Of a stretch of 64,000 nucleotides of DNA, positions 51,214-63,209 are shown one piece after another. Every line of letters begins with the position of its first letter. The stretch's first letter is position 1. This DNA is from Squalus acanthias (taxonomy: Eukaryota). The stretch is from NCBI GenBank assembly GCA_030390025.1, contig CM059432.1, forward strand, positions 11,842,001-11,906,000, read 5' to 3'. The translations under genes and the position numbers were made by a program. Under the pieces are notes generated by a model. The model searched no databases. It saw only the letters and a list, made by a program, of their open reading frames with translations, and had not been told where the DNA came from.

Positions 51214-51934
51214 CTAGCAAAAACACATCACATTGTTATTATATGAAGCTACCCCACTGTTGCATTCATTGCGCTTCAATTTCTGTATAATATTGTCAAA
51301 TTCCACTAAATGCAAAACTAGAATGTAATGCAAGTGTAAGGAGTTAAGTGTATTTAACCTCACACAAGTCATTCGCAGTTTTTTTTAATCCACAAAAGAA
51401 ATTTAATTACCGGGGCTATGTGCTTATACCTATTTTAGTACAGTGAGCAGTGGATTAAAATAGGTGAGAAAAATTTCTTACAGCACATCTTACTGCACAA
51501 CATTACCACATTTATAATCTGTTTACAATTCATTCCAAGGCTAGCTAGATACAAAATATTTACACCGTGCCTGGAAACTTCCTATTGTAGCTAATTGGTG
51601 TTTGTGCCGTCACTACAGAGGAATGTTATACTTGTAAAAAAAAAAGGGATTAGGCAGGTTGGCTTAGTTACTTGCAGTTTTACACCACAAATCAGATATG
51701 TATTTTCAAACAGATTACCTAACAGTCTCATCATAATCCTGGAACTAATGATGCGGACATCATTAATTATGAATTAAACACAAGGAGTTTACTAAAAGCA
51801 ATTAAATTGTCAAATCAGTGTCTAAATCACTACATCAATCTTCACATGGGAAACTATTTCAGTTTAATATTGTTCCAGATTTAACTCAGAAACCAAGTTA
51901 CTCTACCAACCTTTTTACAGACCAATTGTTTTTT

Positions 51935-53910
51935 TTTTAATTCGTCTATGGGATGTGGGCGTCGCTGGCAAGGCCAGCATTTATTGCTCATCCCTAGTTG
52001 CCCTTGAGGTGGTGAGCTACCTTCTTGAACCGCTGCAGTCCGTGTGGTGAAGGTACTCCCACAGCGCTGTTAGGGAGGGAGTTCCAGGATTTTGACCCAG
52101 CGGCGATGAAGGATTGGCGATATACTTCCAAGTCAGAATGGTGTGTGACTTGGAGGGGAACTTGGAGGCGGTGGTGTTCCCATGCACCTGCTGCCCTTGT
52201 CCTTCTAGGTGGTAGAGGTCGCGGGTTTGGGAGGTGCTGCCGAAGAAGCCTTGGCGAGTTGCTGCAGTGCATCTTGTAGATGGTACACACTGCAGCCACG
52301 GTATGCCGGTGGTGGAGGGAGTTAATGTTTAAGGTGGTGGATGGGGTGCCAGTCAAGCGGGCTGCTTTGTCCTGGATGGTGTTGAGCTTCTTGAGTGTTG
52401 TTGGAGCTGCACTCATCCAGGCAAGTGGAGAGCATTCCATCACACTCCTGACTTGTGCCTTGTAGATGGTGGAAAGGCTTTGGGGAGTCAGGAGGTGTGA
52501 CACTCGCTGCAGAATACCGAGCCTCTAACCTGCTCTTGTTGCCACAGTATTTATGTGGCTGGTCCAGTTAAGTTTCTGGTCAATGGTGACCCCCCAGGAT
52601 GTTGATGGTGGGGATTCAGTGATGGTAATGCCATTGAATGTCAAGGGGCGGTGGTTGGACGCTCGCTTGTTGGAGATAGTAAAAAGGTTGGTAGAATCAC
52701 TTGTGTGGCGTGAATGTTACCTGCCACTTATCAGCCCAAGCCTGAATGTCGTCCAGGTCTTGCTGCATGCGGGCATGCACTGCTTCATTATGAGGAGTTG
52801 CGAATGGCACTGAACACTGTGCAGTCATCAGCGAACATCCTCACTTCTGAACTTATGATGGAGGGGAGGTCATGAGTGAAGCAGCTGAAGATGGCTGGGC
52901 CTAAGACACTACCCTGAGGATCTCCTGCAGCAACGTCCTGGTGCTGTGATGATTGACCTCCAACCACCATAACCATCTTCCTTTGTGCTAGGTATGACTC
53001 CAGCCAGTGGAGCGTTTTCCCCCTGATTGCCATTGACTTCAGTTTTACTAGGACTCCTTGATGCCACACTCGGTCAAATGCTGCCTTGATGTCAAGGGCA
53101 GTCACTCTCACCTCACCTCTGGAATTCAGCTCTTTTGTCCATGTTTGGAGCAAGGCTGTAATGAGGTCTGGAGCCGAGTGACCCTGGTGGAACACAAACT
53201 GGGCATCAGTGAGCAGGTTATTGGTGAGTAAGTGCCGCTTGATAGCACTGTCGACGACACCTTCCATCACTTTGCTGATGATTGAAAGTAGACTGATGGG
53301 GCGGTAATTGGCCGGATTGGATTTGTCCTGCTTTTTGTGGACAGGACATACCTGGGCAGTTTTCCATCTTGTCGGATAGATGCCAGTGTTGTAGCTGTAC
53401 TGGAACAGCTTGGCTAGAGGCGCAGCTAGCTCGGGACCATAAGTCTTCAGCACGACAGCCGGGATGTTGTCAGGGCCCACAGCCTTTGCTGTATCCAGTG
53501 CGCTCAGCCATTTTTTGATATCATGGGAGTGAATCGAATTGGCTTAAGACTTGCTTCTGTGGTGGTGCGAACCTCAGGAGGAGGCCGATATGGATCATCC
53601 ACTTGGCACTTCTGGCTAAAGATGGTTGTAAACGCTTCAGCTTTGTCTTTTGCACTCACATGCTGGGCTCCACCATCATTGAGGATGGGGATATTCATGG
53701 AGCCTCCTCCTCCCGTTAGTTGTTTAATGGTCCACCACCATTCATGACTCGATGTGGCAGGACTGCAGGGCTTTGATCTGATCCGTTGATTGTGGGATCG
53801 CTCTATAGCATGCTGCTTCTGCTTTTTAGCATGCATGTAGTCTGGTCTCCCCAGGTTGGTACCGCATTTTTAGGTACGTCTGGTGCTGCTCCTGGCATGC
53901 TCTTCTACAC
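51935..53910 (-). mobile_element. CR1-group LINE (second family), RT to 3' end, frameshifted
   Basis: GPDNIPAVVLK...NPANYRPISLLSIISKVME...ALDIKAAFDRVWH...QGSVLGP...MFADDCT; the same 3' tail recurs at about 9565, 14730, 17765 and 55010. Confidence 0.9.
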
Positions 53911-53959
53911 TTTGTTAATGAAGATCTTGGATTTCAAAAGCTCCCATTGATTTTGACTA

Positions 53960-54316
<357 letters not shown>

Positions 54317-55329
54317 TCAAAACCATCACCTAAGCCTAACTTATGGTCTGCTAAGATGCATGTATACAATAGATATTTTAAATTTTCGCATGCACTGTGA
54401 AATATGGCAATGCAAAGTGTACCACAGCACAGAAATTAACTGTAAAAGTATTAAGCCGTTTAATTCTAGCAGAAAATAAATCCGTTTCCTTTTTCTATAC
54501 CAGAGCCTATTCCTCATCACATTTGTTCACAAAAATGTATTATATATTTTCCCATAATCTATACCAAATGAACTGGTAGCAGCACTATGCGTTATATGAC
54601 CTGAAATTATCCAGCATCACAATTATTACCCTGCCTCTAGCTCACTCAGTCTGAAAAGAGGTAATCTGTGTGATAAGTCAGAAAGAACTCTTCAAACTAA
54701 TTTTCACTTTTTCAAATGGAAATCTGTAAGAGGGCAGAACAATGGCAGATGAAATTTAATACTGACAAATGGAAAGTACACACTGCAAAGAAAACTGGGC
54801 AGCATACTACTCCATGAATGATGTTGAAATAGCTATGGGCGAAGTTGAAAAAGAAAAACTTGCATTATATTGCGCCTTTCACAATCTCAGGGTGTCCAAA
54901 AGTGTAAGTACCAATGAGGTACTTTTAAAGTGTAGTTATTGTTGTAATGTAGAAAATATAGCAGTCAATTTGCAATGTGATAATGACCAGAGTTTTTTAT
55001 AAATGTTTTTATTTATTCATTCTCTAGATGTGGGCATCGCTGGCAAAGCCAGCATTTATTGCCCATCCCTATTTGTCCTTGAGAAGGGGGTGGTGAGCAC
55101 CTTCTTAAACCTTTGTAGTCCGTGTGGTGAAGGTACTCCCATAGTATTGTTAGGGAGTTCAGGATTTTGACCCAGCGACAATGAATGATGATATATTTCC
55201 AAGTCAGGGTGATGTGCGACTTGGAAGGGAACTTGGAGGTGATGGTGTTCCCATGAGCCTGCTGCCCTGCTGCCCTAGGTGTTTTACTGATGTTGATTGA
55301 GGGATAAATATTGGCCAGGACACCAGGAA

Positions 55330-56260
55330 AGCAACAACTTGCATTTATATAGCACCTTTAGCATAATAAAACATCCCAAGGTGCTTCACAGGAGCGTTAT
55401 CAAACACAATTTCACACCAAGCCACATAAGGAGATAGTAGGACAGATGACCAAAAGCTTGGTCAGAGAGACAAGTTTTAAGGAGCATCTTAAAAGGAGGA
55501 GAGGTGTAGAGAAGCGGAGAGGTTTAGGAAGGGAATTTCAGAGCTTAGGGCCTAGGCAGCTAATGGCATGGCTGCCAATGGAGGAGCGATTAAAATCTGG
55601 AATGCGCGAGAGGGGGAGCAGGTGACAGAGAGGCCATGGAGGGATTTGAAAACAAGAATGAGAATTTTAAAATCAAGGCATTGCCAGACCGGGAGCCACT
55701 GTAGGTCAACGAGCACAAGGGTGATGGGTGAACGGGACTTGGCGCGAGTTAGGATACGGGCACCAGAGTTTTGGGTGGGCTCAAGTTTATGTAGGGTGGA
55801 AGATGGGAAGCTGGCCGGAAGAGCATTGGAATAGTCAAGCCTATAAGTAACAAAGGCATGGATGAGGGTTTCAGCAGATGAGCTGAGACGGGGCATTGTC
55901 GGGCAATGTTATGGAGGTGGAAGTAGGCGGTCTTGGTGGTGGCGCGGATGTGTGGTTGGAAGCTCATCTTGGGGTCAAACACGACACCAAAGTTGCAAAC
56001 GGGTCTGGTTCACCCTCAGATGGTTGCCAGGGGGAGGGATGGATTTTGTGGCGGGGACCGAAGATAATGACTTCCGTCATCCCAATATCTAGTCGGAGGA
56101 AATTTCTGCTCATCCAGTACTGGGTGTCGGACAAGCAGTGCGGCAAATCAAAGACAGGGGAGGGGACGGAGAGAGATGGGGAGGTAGAGCTGGGTGTCAT
56201 CAGCGTACATGTGAAACGTGACGTCGTGCTTTCGGATAACGTCGCCGAGGGGCAACATGT
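55330..56260 (-). mobile_element. L2-type LINE fragment
   Basis: AETLIHAFVTYRLDYSNAL...LDFKILILVFKSLHGL. Confidence 0.85.
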
Positions 56261-56679
56261 AGATGGGAGTGTCAGCCTGGATTATGTGCACAAGTGTCAG
56301 GAGTGGGGCTTGAACCCACAACCTTCTGACTCAGGGCTGACACTTAACAGCCACTAAGTCAGGGCTGGGATTTTCGAGTTTTGGTGGGATCTTCTGAATT
56401 TTTGCGACCGGGAGCTACCTGCAGTCTGAACCTATTCCCCAGACATCACCATCACATCTGTCCCCAGGTGAACTACAAGGAGTTGGGTACAGCTGGATAA
56501 GGGATGCACTAAACAATTAAAAATACTTCCAATGGGAAATTTGATTTATTTTCCATACACACACACACAAACTGTTTTTCAAAAATAGCCAACGCTCCTT
56601 CCGTTCTTTCTGCAGCGCAGAGCAGACCGCAGTTTGTGAGAGGAAATAGTCTGCAACACATTTTTTTGCGCAGACTGCC

Positions 56680-57440
56680 GCAAGCTAAGGTTTTCAGCAA
56701 TAAGAGTAAAACACCCGCTTCATACCCAGTCCCTGCACCCTCCCCCGCCCAGGGGACCCCTCAGACCCACTGTCGCTGCTTCAGTGGGGCAAGCTGGCTG
56801 GCCGGACCCCCTCCGCTTTGAACCGCCCGCACTCGGATTTCCCTTTAAACTCACCTGAAGAGGTGCTCCGAGCTCCACACCTTCATGCCGGCCGCTGACC
56901 AGGCCGCTCTGTGGTGCCAACAGCGACGGTTAATGAGCCGCCTGCTCGCTCGCTCGCGCTCTTCCCAACGCTGTCCGCCGGTAACTGAAACCGGTTAAAG
57001 AACCGCGCGCTCTCTCTCCTCACTCGGCGCCGTCACTTCACGCTCCGTGTGACAGGAGCCAGTGGAAGGGGCGGGCCCTCACTCGCTCCGCCAGAGGCGT
57101 CGAGCTCTCGCCCCGCCCTCATGCGCATCTCCGCCCTCAGGCCCCGCGCCGCGCCATGCGCATGCTCCGCCCTCTGGTCCCCGCCCTCTGGTCCCCGCCC
57201 TCAGGCGCGTGCTCCGCCCTCTGGTCCCATGCGTATGCTCCGCCCTCTCGCCCCGCCCTCAAGCGAAACCAGCCCTCTCGCCCCGCCCTCAAGCGCGTGC
57301 TCCGCCCGCTCGCCCCGCCCTCAGGCGCACGCTCCCTCTGGCTCCGCCCACAGTCAGCGATTTCCCCGATTACGTCATCCCCCCCACACACTGTTTCAAT
57401 TGCTGCAAAGCCTCTACGCTTTCCGCGATGCGGTTGGTGT
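56680..57440 (-). promoter_or_regulatory. CpG-island promoter of PRELID3A with tandem GC boxes and NRF1-like motifs
   Basis: GC/CpG-rich block around exon 1; 12 CCGCCC plus one GGGCGG between 57069 and 57349, interleaved with GCGCATGC/GCGCGTGC-type motifs; CRE-like TACGTCA at 57371. Confidence 0.85.
56855..56886 (-). CDS. PRELID3A: PRELI domain-containing protein 3A (SLMO1-like), coding exon 1
   Basis: Minus strand ggcATGAAGGTGTGGAGCTCGGAGCACCTCTTCAG|gtgagt = MKVWSSEHLF(S), 32 nt. Resembles the PRELID3 N-terminus MKIWSSEHVF; lies in a CpG island. Confidence 0.93.
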
Positions 57441-57894
57441 AAACAAAACGGATTTATGTCATCTCCTGCTTTATTTGTCTCAAGCTAAGATAAATCGAAG
57501 CAAAAGTTTTTTTTTAAAAAGCCAGACCGACAACTATGCAACTTCTTGAATTAAGGAGGTAATAACTGCTTTAATTATAACTTAAAATGGTTTTCGGGTA
57601 TTACAAAGTCAGCATAACAAAATAGATGGCATCACCGTTTGACACACATGCATATCCAGTCAACCAAGCACCCTTCACCCGAGAGAAGGAAAATTATACC
57701 AGAAATAGCCCATCCATGTGCTATCCTGTCTAAACGTTTGGGTCCAACTGGTACAATGCTTTCATGCCACTCAAAAGGTAGGTACTGTACTTCAGCTATT
57801 ATGCACAGAAACTTTACACGGGTGGATGGTACAACCTCATTTCTAGATCTTAGATGATGCCCAATTCCATCTTTCAACCAACTGCCTAACCATA

Positions 57895-58030
57895 CCAGTT
57901 CTGACGAAGGGTCATCGGCCTGAAACGTTAACTCTGTTTCTCTCTCCACAGATGCTGCCTGACCTGCTGAGTGTTTCCAGCATTTTCTATTTTTATTTCA
58001 GATTTCCAGCATCCGCAGTATTTTGCTTTT
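57895..58030 (+). mobile_element. Penelope pseudo-LTR fragment with a hammerhead-like motif
   Basis: AGTT-CTGACGA-A-GGGTC atc GGCCT-GAAA-CG-TT-AACT (57897-57933), followed by CACAGATGCTGCCTGACCTGCTGAG... Confidence 0.75.
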
Positions 58031-58099
58031 TGTGCTAACCCTATCCCCCGTCTAAAAAGAGTAGCAACAGATTTAGCTCCCTCACACTGATTCCTGAAA

Positions 58100-58615
58100 G
58101 AGGATTCCTTGCCTTAGAAGGGTTGCAACGAAGGTTCACTAGATTGATTCCTGGGATGAGAGGGTTGTCCTATGGGGAGAGATTGAGTAGACTGGGCTTA
58201 TACTCTCTGGAGTTTAGAAGAATGAGCAGTGATCTCATTGAAACATACAGATTCTGAAGGGGATTGACAGGGTAGATGCTGAGAGGTTGTTTCCCCTGGC
58301 TGGAGAGTCTAGAACTAGGGGGCATAGTCTCAGGATAAGGGGTCGGCCATTTAGGACTGAGTTGGGGAGAAATTTCTGCACTCAGAGGGTTGTGACTCTT
58401 TGAAATTCTCTACCCCAGAGGGCTGTGGATGCTCAGTCGTTGAGTATGTTCAAGGCTGAGATCGATAGATTCTTGAACTCTAAGGGAATCAAGGGATATG
58501 AGGATCGGGTGGGAAAGTGGAGTTGAGGTATAAGATCAGCCATGATCTTATTGAATGGCGGAGCAGGATCGAGAGGCCGTATATGGCCTACTCCTGCTCC
58601 TAATTTTTATGTTCT
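58100..58615 (+). mobile_element. CR1 LINE 3' end
   Basis: Same young family as 1360-1710 and 63210-64000. Confidence 0.85.
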
Positions 58616-58959
58616 TGAGTCTTTTGTCAAAGTGTATCTATCTATTAAAAAAAATCTTGGCCTTTAGAAAAGCATCATATTTCTTAACTCAATAAACATC
58701 CATCACATTAGGTCCACGTATCTCCAGGTCATTCTGTTAATGTCACCGATGGGGAGAAAGCTTGGTCATCCTGGAGTAGGTCCATTCATTTTAATGGCAG
58801 CAGTGACTTCAAACTGACCTAGGACATCATCTGGAGCCATCCATTTTCAAGGAAAACTACCTTTTGGGTACCAGTAATATAATCCTCACAGTATAAGAAT
58901 GTAAATTACCAAGTAAACTCTCCCAATCGACTCAGCAAATTTATTCCTGGCATAGCCAA

Positions 58960-59280
58960 CTAATGCAGACCAGGAAGGAAGGATCCAGGTTTGATCCGTG
59001 GTCTGTGCTGAGCTACCTAATCTAAGCAGGGGTAAAGGCACTACAATTGGCTTTGCCGCTTTTGGGTTTGAGAGGGGAAATATTCCTGGTTGCTGTTCAA
59101 GTACCCCTGCTGGAAATGGCTGTATCTGCATTGTTTGGATAGGACAGCATCCGTTTCTCCCATGATCAAATAGTATACTGACGCTCATCAACAAGGCTCA
59201 CACATGAATAAGTCACTTGGGTGAGGTACTGGAGGGTGCCCACCCACTGCCCACGGGGCCATGTTCAAGCAGAGAGGGAA
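58960..59280 (+). mobile_element. LF-SINE-like element, diverged
   Basis: Colinear blocks recognised from the LF-SINE consensus: GGTCTGTGCTGAG, GGCACTACAATTGGC, GAGGGGAAA, ACCCCTGCTGGAAA, AGGCTCACACATGAA, CACTTGGGTGAGGTACTGGAGGG. Confidence 0.65.
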
Positions 59281-59844
59281 GAGGACAGGAGAGAACTTGC
59301 TGAATAAAATGGAGAGAGGAAAAAAGTTGCTGCTCGCCATAATAGTGATTACATTTGATTATCGGTTTGACAGGCACCATGTTCGCAACAGCCACAAATA
59401 TTTTTAGATGTTCCAACATTAAATAACGAGAACACCTGAAAAGCTACTTATCAAAAAGAGGAAGGTTGTTTGGGCTACTGTTTACCATCCATTTTATACT
59501 GATTGTGTTTTTGTCTGCCTGTCAAACCATTAATGGAGTTTGACACAGCAAGAGATCCCAGGTCACTTTAAACCCCTTCACTCATATGACCTGGTTAAAG
59601 ATTAGTGAAACGCTTGCCAGCAGGAAATTATAACAAAACTAGGATTTGATCTTCTGTCTCCAACTTTGCTGTGTCAAAACTGAAAATGTTCGTAAGCAGC
59701 AGCTGAAAGAGTGAGGTAGGCTAATGTTTAGGCTGAGACCCTTCCTAGGAGGAGTCCCACCTGAAGTGTGAACTGATGTTTCTGTTTCCGATGTTGACAG
59801 ATCTCTGCAGTTTGTTTTTATTACTTCCAGCATTCAACAATTAA

Positions 59845-60720
59845 TTGAGTTGTATAAAATTACAAGGGGCCTAGACAGAGTGGATAGGAAGGACCTATTT
59901 CCCTTAGCAGAGAGGTCAATAACCAGGGGGCATAGATTTAAAGTAATTGGTAGAAGGATTAGAGGGGAGTTGAGGAGAAATTTTTTCATCCAGAGGGTGG
60001 TGGAGGTCTGGAACTCACTGCCTGAAAGGGTGGTAGAGGCAGAAACCCTCATCACATTTAAAAAGTACTTGGATATGCACTTGAAGTGCTGTAACCTGCA
60101 AGGCTACGGACCAAGAGCTGGAAAGTGGGATTAGGCTGGATAGCTCTTTTTGGGCTGGCACAGATGAGATGGGCCTAAAGGCCTCCTTCTGTGCCATAAA
60201 TTTCTATGATTCTATGATTTTCTTTATTGTGTTGTGGTCATTGTTTCACTGATGCTTATTCTGCTATAATTCAACCTCTGTTGCAGAGGCTTCCATAAAA
60301 GAGTTGAATTTGATTTATTATTTGGAACTCCTGAAATTGCTTGTTGTGAAATAACCCGGTCAGCCTTGTGCTTTCTTAATGACTATGCTGATTAAATATT
60401 TTGCATTGCACTGTTACTCTTGCAACCTCTTGCTACATTGGCACAACAATCTATTAGCCGGTCCTAGCAAATCTCACATACTAGGAGTATGATGAGGAAA
60501 AAACTTTTTTACACAGCTAGTGGTTATGATCTGGAATGCACTGCCTGAAAGGGTGGTGGAGGCAGACTCAATCGTGGCTTTCAAAAGGGAATTGGATAAG
60601 TACCTGAATGAAATTTTTTTGCAGGGCTACGGGATGGGGACTGGCTGAAGTGCTCTTGCAGAGAGCCGGCACGGGCTCGACGGGCCGAATGGCCTCCTTC
60701 TGTGCTGTAACCAGTCTATG
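59845..60720 (+). mobile_element. Two CR1 3' ends (about 59845-60218 and 60490-60720)
   Basis: RGHRFKVIGRRIRG...WNSLPERVV and ATTCTATG-type tails. Confidence 0.8.
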
Positions 60721-61099
60721 AAAGTCATTTCATTTATAAAATGTAACATCCCATATTGGGATTTATCTCACTCAGAAAACTACATTTACGTAAATTTTAG
60801 ATGCGTTTGCAATCTGCCTCACCTTACATCTCATTTCTTAACATCCCGGCGCGATGTTGACAGCCTTGCAAAAGTCTTACCACACACAATTGTTGACCAG
60901 CAAGCATTGGCAGTGACCACTAAAAAAGCTGATAGTCGGGCAAGTAGGTTTCAAAGTCAACAAGAAAAAGAAAAATCAGCAAAATTACGAAAAATAATAA
61001 CATGAAACAGAAAGAAAAGTAGCGGCAGATCCGGTAAAGTAACGAAGCAAGAAAGCCCATCGCAAGGGTCTGGGCTTGGCTTTGGGTCAAGTTGACTTT

Positions 61100-61440
61100 T
61101 GTTGAGGGGGGAGTTTCCGATGACGTAACTGTGCGAGGGGGATGACCCCCCCGGTGGGAGGGGCGAGGGTGATTTCTGCGTCATGACGCAATACGCGCAG
61201 TATGTATCCGCAGAGGCAGTGGACACATTTGTTGAGGGTTGAGCGCTCCGAGCCTTCGCTAAAATCCTTGCTGCTCGCACATTTTAAACGCGGAACAAAC
61301 TATTATTAAACGTTTTAAAGCAAGGGAAACAACAACAACAAAGAAATAGCGCACCGCTCTCTCCTGATGCTGTATAAAAGCTTTGCTCCTCCGCAGAGCC
61401 TGGGGACTGCTGAGAGTGATTTGAGAGCTTTAACCAGGGT
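61100..61440 (+). promoter_or_regulatory. Promoter/enhancer-like element (kB, CRE, palindrome, TATA)
   Basis: GGGAGTTTCC 61109-61118, ATGACGTAA 61120-61128, perfect palindrome TGCGTCATGACGCA 61177-61190, TATAAAAG 61373-61380, local CpG enrichment. No downstream coding exon recognised in the window. Confidence 0.5.
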
Positions 61441-61449
61441 CAACTCGAG

Positions 61450-61845
61450 GAAAGAAAGAACGTGCGTTTATATAGCGCCTTTCACGACCACCGGACGTCC
61501 CAAAGCGCTTTACAGCCAATGAAGTACTTGTTTGAAGTGTAGTCACTGTTATAATGTAGGAAACGTGGCAGCCAATTTGCGCACAGCAAGCTCCCACAAA
61601 CAGCGATGTGATAATGACCAGATAATCTGCCTTTTATCGATGTTGGTTCAGGGATAAATATTGGCCAGGACACTGGGGATAACTCCTCTGCTCTTCTTCG
61701 AAATAGTGCTGTGGGATCTTTTACGTCCACCTGACAGAGCAGACGGGGCCTCGGTTTAACGTCTCATCCGAAAGACGACACCTCCGACAGTGCAGCACTC
61801 CCTCAGCACTGCACTGGGAGCGTCAGCCTAGATTTTTGTGCTTGA
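61450..61845 (-). mobile_element. Deu-domain SINE
   Basis: Same family as the other Deu SINE copies. Confidence 0.85.
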
Positions 61846-63209
61846 GGTAATAATTTATTTTTTTCTATAGGGCGTACCCCTTCTCCCCCTGTCCAGCGCA
61901 AACATCTATGTACTCCCAGAGATCCCTGGCAAATATTATGACATGGTAATGAATAATGTGCTAGTAAGTCACCTAATACAGAAGCAATATCGAATACAAC
62001 ATTTTCACATCACTGTCCTTGTTATGTGTGGTATGCTCAGCCCCCAATGGGCAGAAATCAGTTTACCTTGAGAATCCCTGAGATCCTCTTATTGACCCCA
62101 ATTTGAAAACCTATGGTTTACACCAGAAGACACTCTCCTTCCCACCCCGACCTCATGTTTTACAAACAGTTCCTGCTCTCTCTCTTCACTGTTTTCTAAT
62201 AAATATCCTTTTCTGTTCCAGTAGAAATAGTCCCAATATCTCAAGCCCCACCTCATAACCATAGTTTCCTATTCCTGTCATCTTCCTGGTAAATCTACTT
62301 GGTATGCTCGCTATGACTTTTATAATGGGATGTCAAGCCTCCACTATTTGTTTCTCATTTATCCCCGAGTGGTCCTACCTGCTCTCTAACTATCTGTTTG
62401 CTTTTTATATGCTTACTATTTCCTTTTATATTACCTGCTAGTCTTTTTTCATATTCCCTTTTAGTTCTCCCAATCTCCCCTTTCACCTCCCTATTACATT
62501 TTCTATCCTCCTCATAAATTCCTTTAGTTCTGTTAGCTCTAATTTTATCATGTCTCCCTTTTAAATTTCGATTTGGTTTTCATCTCTCTATTTATTCGTG
62601 GAACTCTAATCTTTGATGCACCCCCTATTATCTTATAGTAATGTACCCATTTTTACTCTATTCATCTCATATTTGAAGCTTTCCCACTGCTGATCCATTG
62701 ATATATTTGCTAACTTATCTGCCCAGCTAATCTGAGCCAGATCACTTCTTCTCTGGCTGAATTTTGCCTTTTGTTTGACTCTTTATTATCCTTTCCTATT
62801 CTTACATTGAACCCAACAATGTACTGGTCATTGTTTCCCAATTTTTCTCCAACTCTCATCAGTTATTTCCCCAACTTAGTTTCCCAGAAGTAAATCCAAG
62901 CAATGCGTGTTTCTTTAATCAGTACAAGTTACAAAAACATACAATTAGGTCAGATGCTAGGAACTACTTTTCGCAGAGTCGTTGATCTCTGGAATAAGTT
63001 GCCAGCATGTGTGGTGAGTGTGGATTCGTTGCATGTTCAAAAGGGAGCTGGATGAGTTCCTGTAGGTGGAAGGGATCACAAGTTAGGTGGGTAGTGATAT
63101 TGGTTAATGGGGATAATAGTATCAGCATCATGGCCCCATAGAGGGGTTGTTTGATTGTCTGGTGAGGGTTGGAGGGGAATTTCCCAGACCTTTATTCCCT
63201 AAAGTGATA

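Noticed and set aside
57049..57549. Pro/Ala/Arg-rich ORFs up to 166 aa
   Set aside because: Translations of the GC-box promoter array, several starting at non-ATG codons.
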